64,000 nt of DNA from Piromyces finnis finn (Eukaryota > Fungi > Neocallimastigomycota): assembly GCA_002104945.1 (NCBI GenBank), contig MCFH01000030.1:186001-250000 (forward strand). The letters are read 5' to 3'. Below are positions 32,601 through 44,192 of this stretch, in pieces. The position numbers and the translations under genes are program-made. Below the pieces are notes generated by a model. It did no database searches, was not told the DNA's origin, and saw only the letters and a program-made list of their open reading frames with translations. The stretch's first letter is position 1. Each line of letters opens with the position of its first letter.

Positions 32601-33660
32601 TACTAATACCACGACTACACCATCAGATAATAATGTAGAATCAGCTCATGGTAGAGCTATTGACAATAATAAAAATAACATAGTTCTTTTTAATAAAAGA
32701 AAAGAAAGTCTCTCAAACAAACCATATCTTCAGAAACAATCATCACAAAAACAAACACAATTACAAGAACAAAATCAAGCCCCAACAACGAAACAAGTAT
32801 CTCCTCCACCACCATTACAAACTGAATCACCAGAAGAAATAAATAAAGAAAAAATAGAATCAATGAAATTTGAAATTGACCAAAATAATTTTAGGTCCGT
32901 GAAGAGCAATACCGAAAACAAAGGAGTAATAAATATTAAAAGTAACAGTACCAATGTAGTAGTTGATGTTAATCCAATAGAAAATAAGGATCAAGCCTAT
33001 TCTCTATCATCAACTTCTGAGTCAATCTCTATTACTTCAACTTCCAATGAAAATAATTATACCAGCAATTCTAATCCAGTCTCTAATATTATTATTAGTG
33101 AAGTAGAAGATGAGAAAAAAAGCTACAGTATAAAGTCTTCCTCTAATAAAATAATGCCTATAGATAATATTAAGGATGATTCGAATCACCGTATAGCAGT
33201 TAAACAAGTAATTATGCTTAAAGACGGTGAAAAGTTAGAAATGACCAATGGTTTAGTAGATGAAGTATCACCAGCAGCAATTAATAGTTATGATCATATT
33301 ATTACTAGTAGTATCAAGGAACAATTCAATAAAAGTAGTGAATTAGAAGAATCCTTTGAAAGTGAGAATTACTATAAAAACAAAAATATTTTAAGTGAAT
33401 TAAGTCAAAGTAGTTATGCCACGTCTTCCACAACCCAAAATACACCACACGATAAACATTTAATTATGACAGAAATGTATCCAAGTATTGAAAGTGATTC
33501 TTCTTCCATTGAAGAAGATAATAATGGTATTGAGACTTTCTATATTCGAGGTGATAAGATTAGAAAAAGACAATCTTTTTTAAATAATGTATTTAAAAAG
33601 AGATCTTTTGATCGTAAACATCAAAAACATCAAACTGTTACAAACAAGACCGAAGAATAA
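29608..33660 (+). CDS. TPR-repeat + metallo-beta-lactamase-fold hydrolase (glyoxalase II/YcbL-like) fusion, 1350 aa, intronless
   Basis: TPR1 LKNNGNRHYKSYKFHQAVQCYTKAL; TPR2-3 LLANRSASYIRLKDYNKA...RPNWIKGYYRKAEAL. MBL motifs: CILIDAC, THFHIDH (HxHxDH), TPGHT, LFSGDTL, GTCGRIDLP, VYPGHSY. Long Asn/Ser-rich inserts and tail. Confidence 0.82.
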   Translation: MDLCFSLKCTKSRDDDYKTRSGNLYTIPNYVTDDYILSCHTNNFNTLINLKNNGNRHYKSYKFHQAVQCYTKALASFRQEKNINHSKNNDSDSFDLSNVGINTTINEIDQNKVNSVVKGHKKNSQSIPTMSSSIISVPSHITSPLASSNNINIVSNSKNNVNVKQFPVSETSSYKIQRKISDDEYSNALEKYFEENNGMEASFSSTIQRSDSNIYQNQMSNQAVDLHRRKPKNKNHKNNSKPQPIYAPHPKVKSNDVMILYSTLLANRSASYIRLKDYNKANIDAEYIIGIRPNWIKGYYRKAEALKGLKRYLESLDYYHQALKFNPSSEKILNAISTVEILLRNEELGIKIYQLVPGYDICVKKSIFKPIQYILFSYALQMQNYIYILADTKTKQCILIDACWDIDGILDYVNKEKLKVIGAIYTHFHIDHTGGIPPPPYNKYMVKVEGMVKLSKIFPNIPFFIGPRDIDFVLKQNPDFNKNRFVPIEDKQVLTLDDIIQLNKSKVKRRSHVNEKIRNTSHEKLSPSKQSVFNVDDEAKEVDEIIPIKNEIASDYDAIIEKEENFNTQMLDKNSNIESHYKFNNKIYRPVRSHLISDYKIKHISNINEDPLAITEDTNTEIYSNFNLNDDLENEFNNVASEASAIENSNIGNISNICYDGENSLKFYSNLSEHDGNKNMDNKVKIPQPGNQDAPITSTLDRPKKKSIEDNKSNPYSDSNRYGKINDTISTISMINIDKKDYSSNLLVKSSQKIDDFRIQFIFTPGHTLGSMCILVNDERLFSGDTLLIGTCGRIDLPESSPEEMYDSLMNVLSRLDDDIVVYPGHSYGGDEWTTIAQEKLFGSMYNYGSYDLWHYELTGCNKNSDESIPPNNSTNTQENKNEEVVMTPMLTVASPIKTNFDSHPEENVPGKELKDTNEKEVIVSTITEPVDDEEKITEIRIGPAKRYDEKKGYFSNYEYFDMNNINSNNKYYKPSNAVSVTTIPLTSSVNNLPVSNNTNTTTTPSDNNVESAHGRAIDNNKNNIVLFNKRKESLSNKPYLQKQSSQKQTQLQEQNQAPTTKQVSPPPPLQTESPEEINKEKIESMKFEIDQNNFRSVKSNTENKGVINIKSNSTNVVVDVNPIENKDQAYSLSSTSESISITSTSNENNYTSNSNPVSNIIISEVEDEKKSYSIKSSSNKIMPIDNIKDDSNHRIAVKQVIMLKDGEKLEMTNGLVDEVSPAAINSYDHIITSSIKEQFNKSSELEESFESENYYKNKNILSELSQSSYATSSTTQNTPHDKHLIMTEMYPSIESDSSSIEEDNNGIETFYIRGDKIRKRQSFLNNVFKKRSFDRKHQKHQTVTNKTEE

Positions 33661-34570
33661 ATCTAAAAAGTAAAGTTAAACCTTGCAAGAATAAAAAGAA
33701 GTATCTTTTTTTTTTTTTTTTTTCGTTTATTTTTTCTTTTTTTTTTTTTTTTAAATAAAAAAAAGAGGATAAAAAAAAAAAAACAAGAAGATTAAAAAAA
33801 AAATACAAAAAACGAAAACTGAAAAAAAAAAAAAAAGCAATAAAAAATAAAAAGCAATAAAAAACAAACGATAAAATAAAATAATAATAATAATAATAAT
33901 AAAAAAACAGCAATTAATAACAAGATTAAATAAAAAAAAAAAAGGCAAAAAAAAAAAACCAATGAACAAAAATATTAAATAATAATAATATAACAATATT
34001 ATATAAATAATATATGAATAAGACATTTTAAAAAAAAAAAAAAACCTTTAAAAAATAATTCAGGGAAAAAAAAAACAAAGTGAAAAATTACCAATTTATA
34101 AATATTTATGATTTATAAATAATTTATATAGATTTACTACACTTTATCCTTTATATAATTTAAAACTTAAAATCTTAATGATACAGTAATTAATTATACT
34201 CTCTAATCATTTTATAAATACACTTTTTTTAATATTTTTTATTTAATATCTTTTTTTTTTTTAATTTTTTTCTTTATTATACATTTTAAAAATAAGTAAT
34301 AAAAAAATAAAATAATAATAAAAAAACCAAATAAACTCAATAAATATTAAAAAAAAAAAGAGCTAAATATATATATATGTATATACATTTACAAATGAAT
34401 ATTTATTATTATTATTAAAAAATATGGTATTATTTGTGAAATAAGATAATAAAAAGGGTATATTCTTTTTTGATATTTTTATTCATTTACAATTTATGTT
34501 TGAATAAATATAAAATAATTAACTATAATTTTTTTTAAGTTTAGCCAATGAATATCTTTGTTTTTTTAAA

Positions 34571-34706
34571 TATACACAAAACTGACTTGTTTTATAACAT
34601 TAGTATTAATTATACACAAAACTGACTTGTTTTATAACATTAGTATTAATTATACACAAAACTGACTTGTTTTATAACATTAGTATTAATTATACACAAA
34701 ACTGAC
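34571..34706. repeat. Perfect 40-bp tandem repeat, 3.4 copies
   Basis: TATACACAAAACTGACTTGTTTTATAACATTAGTATTAAT starts at 34571, 34611 and 34651, with a 16-bp partial copy at 34691. Confidence 0.95.
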
Positions 34707-35848
34707 AAAAATTTAAAATATATTTTGAAATTAAAAAAGGAATATAATTATCAAGGATATTACTATCAAAAAATAAAAAAAAAAAATAAAGGAATTAGAT
34801 TTAAAAAACGAATTTTAAAAATTTATTTTTCATGAGACAGGATAGTAAATATATATTTTATAATTAAAAATTAAAATACAGAAAAAAAAAAATGATGATG
34901 ATAATTTTCTTTAAAACTTTTTTTGTTTTTAAAATAAAAAAAAAGGTTATTATAAATAGAGTAATATGAATTAAGAATCAATATCAACTATCATCAAAAA
35001 TGTGTAACAACAACAATAATAAATTATTAATTTTTTTATAATTAAAAGCAATGTTTTTTTTTTTCATTTTTAAAAATAATATAACCTTATTCCATCTTTC
35101 CAATAAAATAAAAAAAAAAAGAAAAAAAAGAAAATAAAAAGTCACTTAACTTAATGAATTAAAAATGATTTTTCTAAAAATAAAATTTTAAAATTTTAAA
35201 ATTTTTTTTTTTTTAAAAATTTAATTTTCAAATTTTACAAATAAAAAATGTTTATTTTAATTTAAAAGAATAAACATTTTAATTAACAAATCATTTAATT
35301 GTTGAAATTGTAAATATTATTATTTTATTCATTCATGATGACTTGCCGAATTACCGATTAGGAGACTTTTATAGGTAATTTAGTTAAAATAAAATTTTTT
35401 AATTTTAATAATTAATTTATTATATAATAAAAAGGTTAATTGTATAATCTGTATTATTAAGGTTAATTTTATTATGGCTTTTTATGATGATTATTAAATT
35501 CATTACTATTATTATTAACGATTATTGTTATTAAATCATATTTTTATGGTGAAACTTTCATCTTTTATGACATCTAATTTAAAATAGGTTATTTTTAATA
35601 TTATATTTTTAATTATAATTTAATTGTAATTAAATTCATACTAATTGTAATTAATCCGTTTTATATAACCTTTTTTTATATTATTTTTTATTTTTAAAAG
35701 TCATAATTACTATCATATATATATATTTTTTTTTTCTTTAAAATAATATAAAAATAGTACTTTATTCCTTTCTTTTTTTTTTAATTTTTTCTATATATTT
35801 AAATAACAATATTTTTTATTTCAAAAAAATAATAAAAAATTAACCAAG

Positions 35849-37079
35849 ATGAAATTTTTAAATAGTTTATTACTTTTATCTGCTGTTGCCATGAATTCCG
35901 TTCGTGGAGATGTCAAATATTTTAGTAAATGTATCAATGAAGGAGATTTTGCTATTACATTTGATGATGGTCCAAATTTAGATTATACTAATATGATTTT
36001 AGATATTCTTGATGAATTTGATGTAAAGGCAACTTTCTTTGTTAATGGTAAAAATTGTGTTAATATTACTGCGAATACAGCTGCTCAAGTAAATAGATAT
36101 AATGAATGAATAAAAAAATGATTGATATAATGAAATAAAATTTTTAAAATGTTTTTTTTTTTTTTTATATTTTATTTTATATATTTTTACTATTATTAAA
36201 AAAAAATGTTTTATTTGTTAATAGAAAATTATAAAAAGAGAATATGAAAGTGGCCATACAATTGGAAGTCATACTTTTACTCATCCATTTGGTATTACTA
36301 ATTTAACAGATGATGAATTAACCTATCAACTTGATGAATTAAATAAAGTCCTTTATGATTTAATCGGTGTAAAACCAGCCTTTTTCAGACCACCACTTGG
36401 TGAATATTCAGAAGCCAACTTAAAAATTATTGAAAAAAGTGGTTTCACAGCCAATATTTTATGGAATTTAGATTCAGAAGATTGGGATGTCAATTACAAT
36501 GCAACACAACAATACATTGATAATTTAGAAGGAAAAGATCCAAATTCTCATTCATGGATTTCCTTAAATCATGATATTCAAAAGGTTACAGCAGAAAAGA
36601 ATTTAAGAATTGTTATTCCATATATTAAAAAATTAGGATACAATATTGTTCCAATGGACGTTTGTATTGGTTTACCAGCATATCAAAATGAAAAAACTCA
36701 AGATTCAAAAACTACAACAAAAATAATAAAGACTACTACTACCACTACTACTACTAAAAAAAGAACTACAACAAAATCTGCTACAACAACTACTACTAAA
36801 AATGAAGTTTCAAAGGAACCAAATAGTGAAATAGTTGTTGAAAATCCACAAAACTTAAACGCTAACACAGTTACCACTAGTACCACTGTTGCAATTTCTA
36901 CTACTACCAACACTGCTTCAAGTACTAATAATGAAAATACTAATACTAATGATACTGTTAATGGAAATATTACCATTAGTAATGATGCTAATAATGACAG
37001 TAGTGATGCAACCACTATTAAAACCTCAATTATATTTTCTTCTGCTTTTATGATCATGATAGCCTATCTCTTCCTTTAA
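35849..37079 (+). CDS. Secreted, probably GPI-anchored polysaccharide/chitin deacetylase (CE4, NodB domain), two exons
   Basis: Signal peptide MKFLNSLLLLSAVAMNSVRG. CE4 motifs: ITFDDGP, KATFFVNG, GHIIGSHTFTHP, FRPPLGEY, LWNLDSEDWD, ISLNHD. Thr-rich linker and hydrophobic C-terminus (IIFSSAFMIMIAYLFL*). Intron at about 36089-36224. Confidence 0.9.
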
Positions 37080-37849
37080 ATAATTATCATTTTACCATAA
37101 ATTATTTACATTAATGTTATAAAAGAAAAAAATTTTTTTTTCTATATGTTATAATAATTATATATAAATTATTAGAATAGAACTTTTAATATTTTTGGGG
37201 GTTAAAATTGTAACCATAAAAAATATAATACATCATTAGAAATATTTTATTAAATAAAGTTATAATAAATTTAAAACTACAATGCTTTTTTTTTTCTAAT
37301 TTCTTTTTTATTTATAAAATACTAATTGAAAATTGTTGTTTAAATCATAAAATACTTATATCCCTTCTATATTCAAATTGTAGTTAATAATGAAAAAAGA
37401 AGGTTTTTTTTTTCTATTCAATTTTTAAAATTTTTTGTGACATCAAAAAATCATCCATTTTTTTAAATGAAAAAAAACGTTACACAAAAATAGCTTCTTT
37501 TATTAAAAAAAAAACTTTGTCAATATTTTATGAAATAGAGTTTTTGGTTAAAACGACCATAAGTAAAAAGTATTTAATACGTTGTAATTCTTTTTTTTTT
37601 TTTTATTTCCTAATACTAAAATACTATTTCCATTCTACATTTTTCTCATTTAATTAATGTTCAAAAAAAGAAAAATCCCTAGGTAAAAACCAATTGAATA
37701 TTTATTATTAATAATATTATAAAGAAAGACTATTATTTATTATAATAATAAGATATGTAAAAAAAAAAAAAAAGATTTTTATACAATGGTATTTTAATAC
37801 TAAAAATTTATTGAATTGATGCTATATAATAGAAAAAAAAGTTGAATGG

Positions 37850-39190
37850 AAAATAAGAAATTAAATCTTTTATTATGCTATTCCATTTACTGTGATAATT
37901 ATTTATCCTTTGGCCTATTCAATAATTCGTGTAAAAAAACATACCACAAACCACATACTCAATTGCTACATTTATTGTAAAAAAAAAAAGGTTGAAATAA
38001 CATCAAAAACTATACCATAAAGCTACGATTTTAATTAAAACACTGGTAATATAAATTGCTTAAATAAAATTATATATATTCTTTTTTTCAAAAGGAACAT
38101 TATCCTTTCATATTTTATTTGCCTTTTTTAATTTTCTTATATCAATACATTTTACCTTTTTAAAAAGTGGTGGTGGTCTTTTCAATTCTAAAAGTTCATC
38201 ATTAGTATTTAATATATAATTTATTATAATTAAATTATTGATATATTTTTATTATATTATAAATATATTCAATTTCCAATCATTGATTTACAACCATAGT
38301 TAAAAACAATAACCAATCATCATCGGGCAAGTAATAATAAAATTTTAATAATAAAAATTTATTAACTTTAAAAAATAATAAAATAGTTGAAAAATAAGAG
38401 TATATAGAAACAAAACCTTATCTACTATTTTAATATTTTTTTTTTAAAATTTATGGTTAAAATTTATGGTTTTTTTTTGGATTTCATTATTATAGTTGTA
38501 GTTGCTGTTAGTTTTCTAATGCCTGGTTTATATTTTATTATTACTTCATATTTTGACTCTTTCATATCTTGAATGAATATACCACTTTTGTCCATGAGAA
38601 CATTTCGAAACAAAACTGAAATGTCATTTTTTTATTTGCTAATAATTATATTAATATTAATTAATATTATTCATAAAATAAATTTAAACTTTTTTTGTGA
38701 TCACAATTTTACATATTTGGAAATTTAATTTAAAACAAAATTTTTAATTAATTTGAAAAAATTAAATATTTTGAAAAAGGTTGACTTTAAAAGTGGAATT
38801 ACAGCAACAATACCAATAATAAATAATAGTGAACTATTAATTCTTATGAGTAAAGCATAGTAAAATACTAGTACTACTGCCAATAACAATGAAATATTAG
38901 AAATAAAAAAAAAAGAAATCATTATATAATTTATTATAATGGAATTCTAAAAGATAGATGAATTTTTGAACAACTTATTATATACTCCTTGCTATAGTTA
39001 TTTATGCATTTATTATATTATTATTTTTGATTTAATTTATTTTTCTATTGCTTCCATTCGTAAATACCATACTAATGCTTTTTTAAAGGGAAAGAAATTG
39101 TAACTAATCTATCCTTTCTATCTAAAGTATCAAAATAAATAGCTGACGACAAAGGCTCATTTTACTTTATTTTTTCTAGAAAAAAAAAAA
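37850..39190 (-). pseudogene. Possible decayed membrane-protein gene relic
   Basis: Several patches richer in G+C than the flanks translate on the minus strand into protein-like fragments (NEPLSSAIYFDTLDRKDRLVTISFP; ISLLLAVVLVFYYAL..SLLFIIGIVAVIPLL; NDISVLFRNVLMDKSGIFIQDMKESKYEVIIKYKPGIRKL; VFDVISTFFFTINVAIEYVVCGMFFTRII), interrupted by stops and frame changes. Confidence 0.3.
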
Positions 39191-40554
39191 CTTTTTTAAT
39201 CCTAAAAATAAAAATATTAAATACATTTGTATTTGTATTTTGTATACATTAATGTACTATTAATATATTGGTTAAATGTAATATTATTATTTATTATATT
39301 ATTTTTTAGTTAATATATTTTTAGAGTCTCCATTTTAATTTTAATAGATATAAATTTAATATATTATTATTGTATTTATTTACATTTCATAATATTTTAT
39401 AAATTTTAAAAAAAGATAAAACTTTATTAAAGATATATTATATTATATATTTAATATACATTATATACATTATTGTAATATAATAATATATATTTAAGAT
39501 ATTGCTTATATATTAATTATTATGATAATCAGGTTTTGTAGTGAATCAATGAGAAAATGCTTTGTAATAAAATATTATTTATTTTCCATTATTAAATTTA
39601 TTTAAATTATTATTATTATATCCATTTATAATATTGTAATTTTATTAAAAATATACTTTATTTATTAATATATTCATTTACTTTTATTAATAATAACAAT
39701 TTATATTAATAATTTTTATTCCGTTAAAACACTAGAAAGAATATAAAAACTTTATAATTTTCCTTTTTTTTTTTAAAAAAAAAGTTTTTCATTAATTTCT
39801 TTTCAAACTAGATTTTCTTAGTTCATTTCTTTATTTATAAATTATAATAGAAACAAAAAAAAAAGTTTTATTTATCTAAAGAAATATTATTAAAAAGAAG
39901 AATAGTTTGAAGATAATATACATATTTTATTTTTCTAAAAAAGAACTAAAATTCTAGATTTTTTTTTTTTTATATGTGGATTATAGTATAAAAACAAAAG
40001 TTTTTAAATTAAAGCGATTTTACCTTTTATTAAAAAAATATATATATATTTATTTACGTCGTCTAATATAATAAAAATAATAAAATAAACATTTTTTTTT
40101 TACATAAATTTATATATAGGTAAATATTTAATTTATTTTTTATTACTATATAGAAATAAATAAGAAAAAATATATAAATTATAATAAATGATACATTTTT
40201 AGATATAAGTTATTGCTTTTTTATTAATATTAATGAATTATAAATTATATATATACATATTTTTTATAAAAATCTTTAGATATTCAAATTTTATTAGATA
40301 GCTATATTAAAGTTTTACTTAATTCAACAATTGAATAAAAAAAAAAAAAGAAAATAAATCGTTAAAGGAAAATTTATATAAAAAGAATAAATAAACAAAT
40401 AAGAAATACAAAAAATTAAAAGAAAATAAAAAAAAATTGTAATTAACCAAAATAAAAATAAATAAAAAATAAACACGCATCTTAAGAAAAAAAAAAACTC
40501 TTGATAAACTACTAATTTTAAAATAAATATTATAAAAATAAAAACAAAATTACC

Positions 40555-42172
40555 ATGAAAATATTTTCAAAATTAACTTTAATAACTTTGGCCGCTCTTA
40601 GCATTGTTGCTAAGTCACATGCAAAAACAACAAATGAATACCTCAGTACTGCTCAACGTTTAGTTAGCAGTGGTAATTTAAGTGAAGCTTTAAGCGTTTA
40701 TTCCGAAGCTTTAAGCCAGGATCCAAATAATTTCTTAATATATGTTAGACGTGCTATTCTCTATGTAAATATAGGGAGAACCTCTAATGCTATCGATGAT
40801 TTCAGTACTATTATCAAAATAAATCCAAATTTTGAACAAGCTTATCTTAAAAGAGGAAAGTTATACCTTCAATTAGCTGAACTTGATTTAGCAAAGAAAG
40901 ATATTGAAAAATACATACAATTAAAGTCTAATGACAGCGAAGCTGAAAACCTTGTAAGTATTATAGTATCAACTTTGAAATTTTATAATAAAAATATATA
41001 TAAAAAAATAATAATGGATTTTCATTAACTGTATTTTAAAATAATTTATATTAAATTTAATCTACCCAAAGATGGATAATATTAACAATTCACAACAATT
41101 AATTAGAAGCGCAAAAACCGAACTTCGTAAAAAGGATTACAAAAAGGCAATTGAATATCTTTCTGAAGCTATGCAACATTGTCCACAAAGTTTAGAACTC
41201 AGAAAATTAAGAGCTGACTCTTACTACCGTGTAAATGAGGTTGAAATGGCAATTGGTGATTATTCAAGAGCTGTTAAGCTTCAACCAGACAATACTGATC
41301 TTTTAGTTAAAATTGGTGAATTACGTTTAACTATTGGTGAAATTGAAAGTTCATTAAATGAAGTAAAAGAGTGTTTACGTCGTGATCCAGAACATAAACA
41401 ATGTAAGGCTCTTTTCAAGAAAATAAAAAAATTAGATCGTTCAATGAAATATATTGATTCTTCAGTTAATGAAAAGCAATGGCAAAATATTGTTGACAAA
41501 ATTAATAATGGATTAGCTTCAGAAGTCGAAACTCTCGGTGCTGCTAGTTTAAAGTATAAGGTTTACTTTGCTGCCTGTAAGGCTAACCTAAGATTAAAGA
41601 AGGCTGACGAAGCAAAGAGATTCTGTTCTAAAGGTTTAGAAATCGATAATAAGGATGTTGAATTATTAATAAATCGTGCCGAAGCCTCTATGTTATTAGA
41701 AGAATATGATGCTGCTTTAAGAGATTATTCAACTGCTAATGAATACAGTCCACAAGATCGTAGAATTATAGAAGGATACCAAAAAGCACAAAGATTACAA
41801 AAGATGGCCTCAAGAAAAGATTACTACAAAATTTTAGGTGTAAAGAAGACAGCCACTAAACGTGAAATTAAAAAGGCTTACAGAAAATTAGCTCAAATAT
41901 ACCATCCAGATAAGTACCATGGTGATATGACCAAGGAACAAGTTGAAAATAAAATGAGTGAATTAAATGAAGCCTATGAAATTTTAAGTAATGATGAAAC
42001 CCGTGAACGTTTCGATAATGGTGAAGATCCAAATGATCCAATGGGTGGTCAAGGTGGTGGTAATCCATTCGCTAACTTTGGCGGTTTCCCATTCGGTGGT
42101 GGTTTCCCATTCGGTAATGGTGGACCATTTGATGGTTCAAATGGTTTTGGAGGTTTCCAATTTAACTTTTAA
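40555..42172 (+). CDS. DNAJC3: ER co-chaperone DnaJ homolog subfamily C member 3 (P58IPK; signal peptide + TPRs + J domain), two exons
   Basis: Signal peptide, multiple TPRs ([25 protein letters not shown]; [12 protein letters not shown]), J domain [32 protein letters not shown]...[19 protein letters not shown], and a Gly/Phe-rich tail. Intron at about 40954-41071. Confidence 0.9.
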
Positions 42173-42961
42173 AAATATTTTATTTGATGATCATTTGAAA
42201 TATCCATTATATTTTTTTTTTTTTAAAAAAAAAGGCTTGTATCTCTTACTTATGATTTTTCTTTCACATTGTATATTACTATCCATCTTATCCCATATTT
42301 TATGTTTTATAAAGAAGAAAAATAAATTAGTTATATAGTTCAATATTTGAAAAGAAAATAATAATAATAAATTTCATATATATATAATATATATTATATC
42401 ATTAATAAATTATTAAATTAATTATTTTTATTATTTTTTTAAAAAAAAAAAAGAGAGAACAGATTTAAAATATTATTAGAAAAAGAAAATCATAATAAAT
42501 AAAATTAAAAAAAAGTATTAATAGTAGAAAAAAAATTTTTTTTTTAAAAAAAAGATAAGAATATTATTAAATTAGATCAGAATAAAATCAGCAAATTTTT
42601 ATACAATGTCATAATTTTAATCCATAATCCATATATAATTTTTAAAAAAAAAAGAAAAATAAAATAAAATAAAAAAAAATAAAAAAAAAAAAGAAATAAA
42701 ACTTTTAGAGTGAATAACAATTGAAATTTAAAAAGAAAATTCAATTTATGCTGTTAATGTTATTACTTTTTGCAGTTTATTGAATTTTATTTTATATTAT
42801 TTTATTATATATTTATCTATCTATATTTTATTATTTTTATTTATTATATCAATATTTATAATCCCTAATATAATGTAAAATCACCAATTAAATAAATAAT
42901 TACTTGAAGAGATATTCTCTTCCTAGTCTAAAAAATAAAAAAAATATTCTAATAATAATTA

Positions 42962-42962
<1 letters not shown>

Positions 42963-43054
<92 letters not shown>
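42963..43054. repeat. (AAT)n microsatellite
   Basis: About 30 perfect units. Confidence 0.95.
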
Positions 43055-43055
<1 letters not shown>

Positions 43056-44192
43056 GATAACCCTTAGAATTTAAATAATTCTTTTAAATAATAATTTATT
43101 TAATGATTGTTCTAATAATCTATATAAATGTTTATATGCATAATTATTCTGGTTTATACAAAAAAAAAAAAAAAAAAAAAAAGATCTATAAATTACTTCT
43201 TGGAGTAAAAAGTATAAATTAATAATAGAAGAATTAAAAAATATATATAGAGATATGAAATAAAATAAAACATTATTAGAACTAAATAAAAAAAAAAACA
43301 GGTACTTTATTAAAATCATCATTATTGATAGTCCTTTTTAGATTCTCTTATCAAAAATTTTCTTTGAGCTACCGACAGATAATGATTAATAAGTTTAATA
43401 GCATAATCAATATTGATCATTGTTTTTTGCTTCTCAACAAATTTTGATCCATTTTGTTCCATATTGACAGGAAAATACAATTATTAAATTCAAATATAAA
43501 CAGCTATTTTTTAGTTAAAACATTAATATCATCAACCTCTTTTTTTGTTATTATTCTTTCATTTTCATATCATTATGTGATATATTTTATAACTTAAAAA
43601 AAAAAATATTATTCATGCATTGATTTTTTAATTAAAAAAAAGGTTTTACCCATTTTTTATTTTTTTAAACTTTTTTTATATTTTATTTTTTAATTTAGAA
43701 ATGGAGATATTTTAATATTAAAAAATTAAAGTTATTTGGAGATTTTTATATTAAATTTTTTTAACCAAAATCTGATTTTTTAGTAAAATAGTTAACTGTA
43801 ATAAAAAAAAATATAAAATAAATTAAATAATAAATGATAATAATAATAATAATGATATAATGGATACCAAAAAGTAATTATATTAATTCAATTATTTATA
43901 AAATATTGCTATAAAATATTAAATATTATAAACTATATATCTAATATTAATATCATATTAAAATATCCATTCCAAAATAGTTTAATATGATATTAGGTGA
44001 ATTAATATCCAAATAATTATTGGAAATTATTAGGATTAAGATTTATATCATTGATTTTATTAGCGGAATTGGTCCTTTTTACTAAATCAATCAACTGCAT
44101 TTGAGGGTAATTATGAATATTTTGAATAGGTTGCCGACGTGGTAGAGAAAGTTGGATATATAAAAAAATTTCATATTTTAGTTCGTAATGTA

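Noticed and set aside
34571-34706. CRISPR-like array
   Set aside because: The units are contiguous and identical with no unique spacers, there are no cas genes, and the context is eukaryotic; it is a minisatellite.
36370-36410. CE4 motif 3 reads RPPL instead of RPPY, a possible inactive deacetylase
   Set aside because: The catalytic and metal motifs (TFDDGP, HTFTH, DSEDW, LNHD) are intact, and this position acts mainly through its backbone, so inactivity is not supported.
40040-40555. UPRE/ERSE elements upstream of DNAJC3
   Set aside because: Only isolated ACG-containing words (TTACGTCG, ACACGC); no match to CCAAT-N9-CCACG or TGACGTGG-type consensus.
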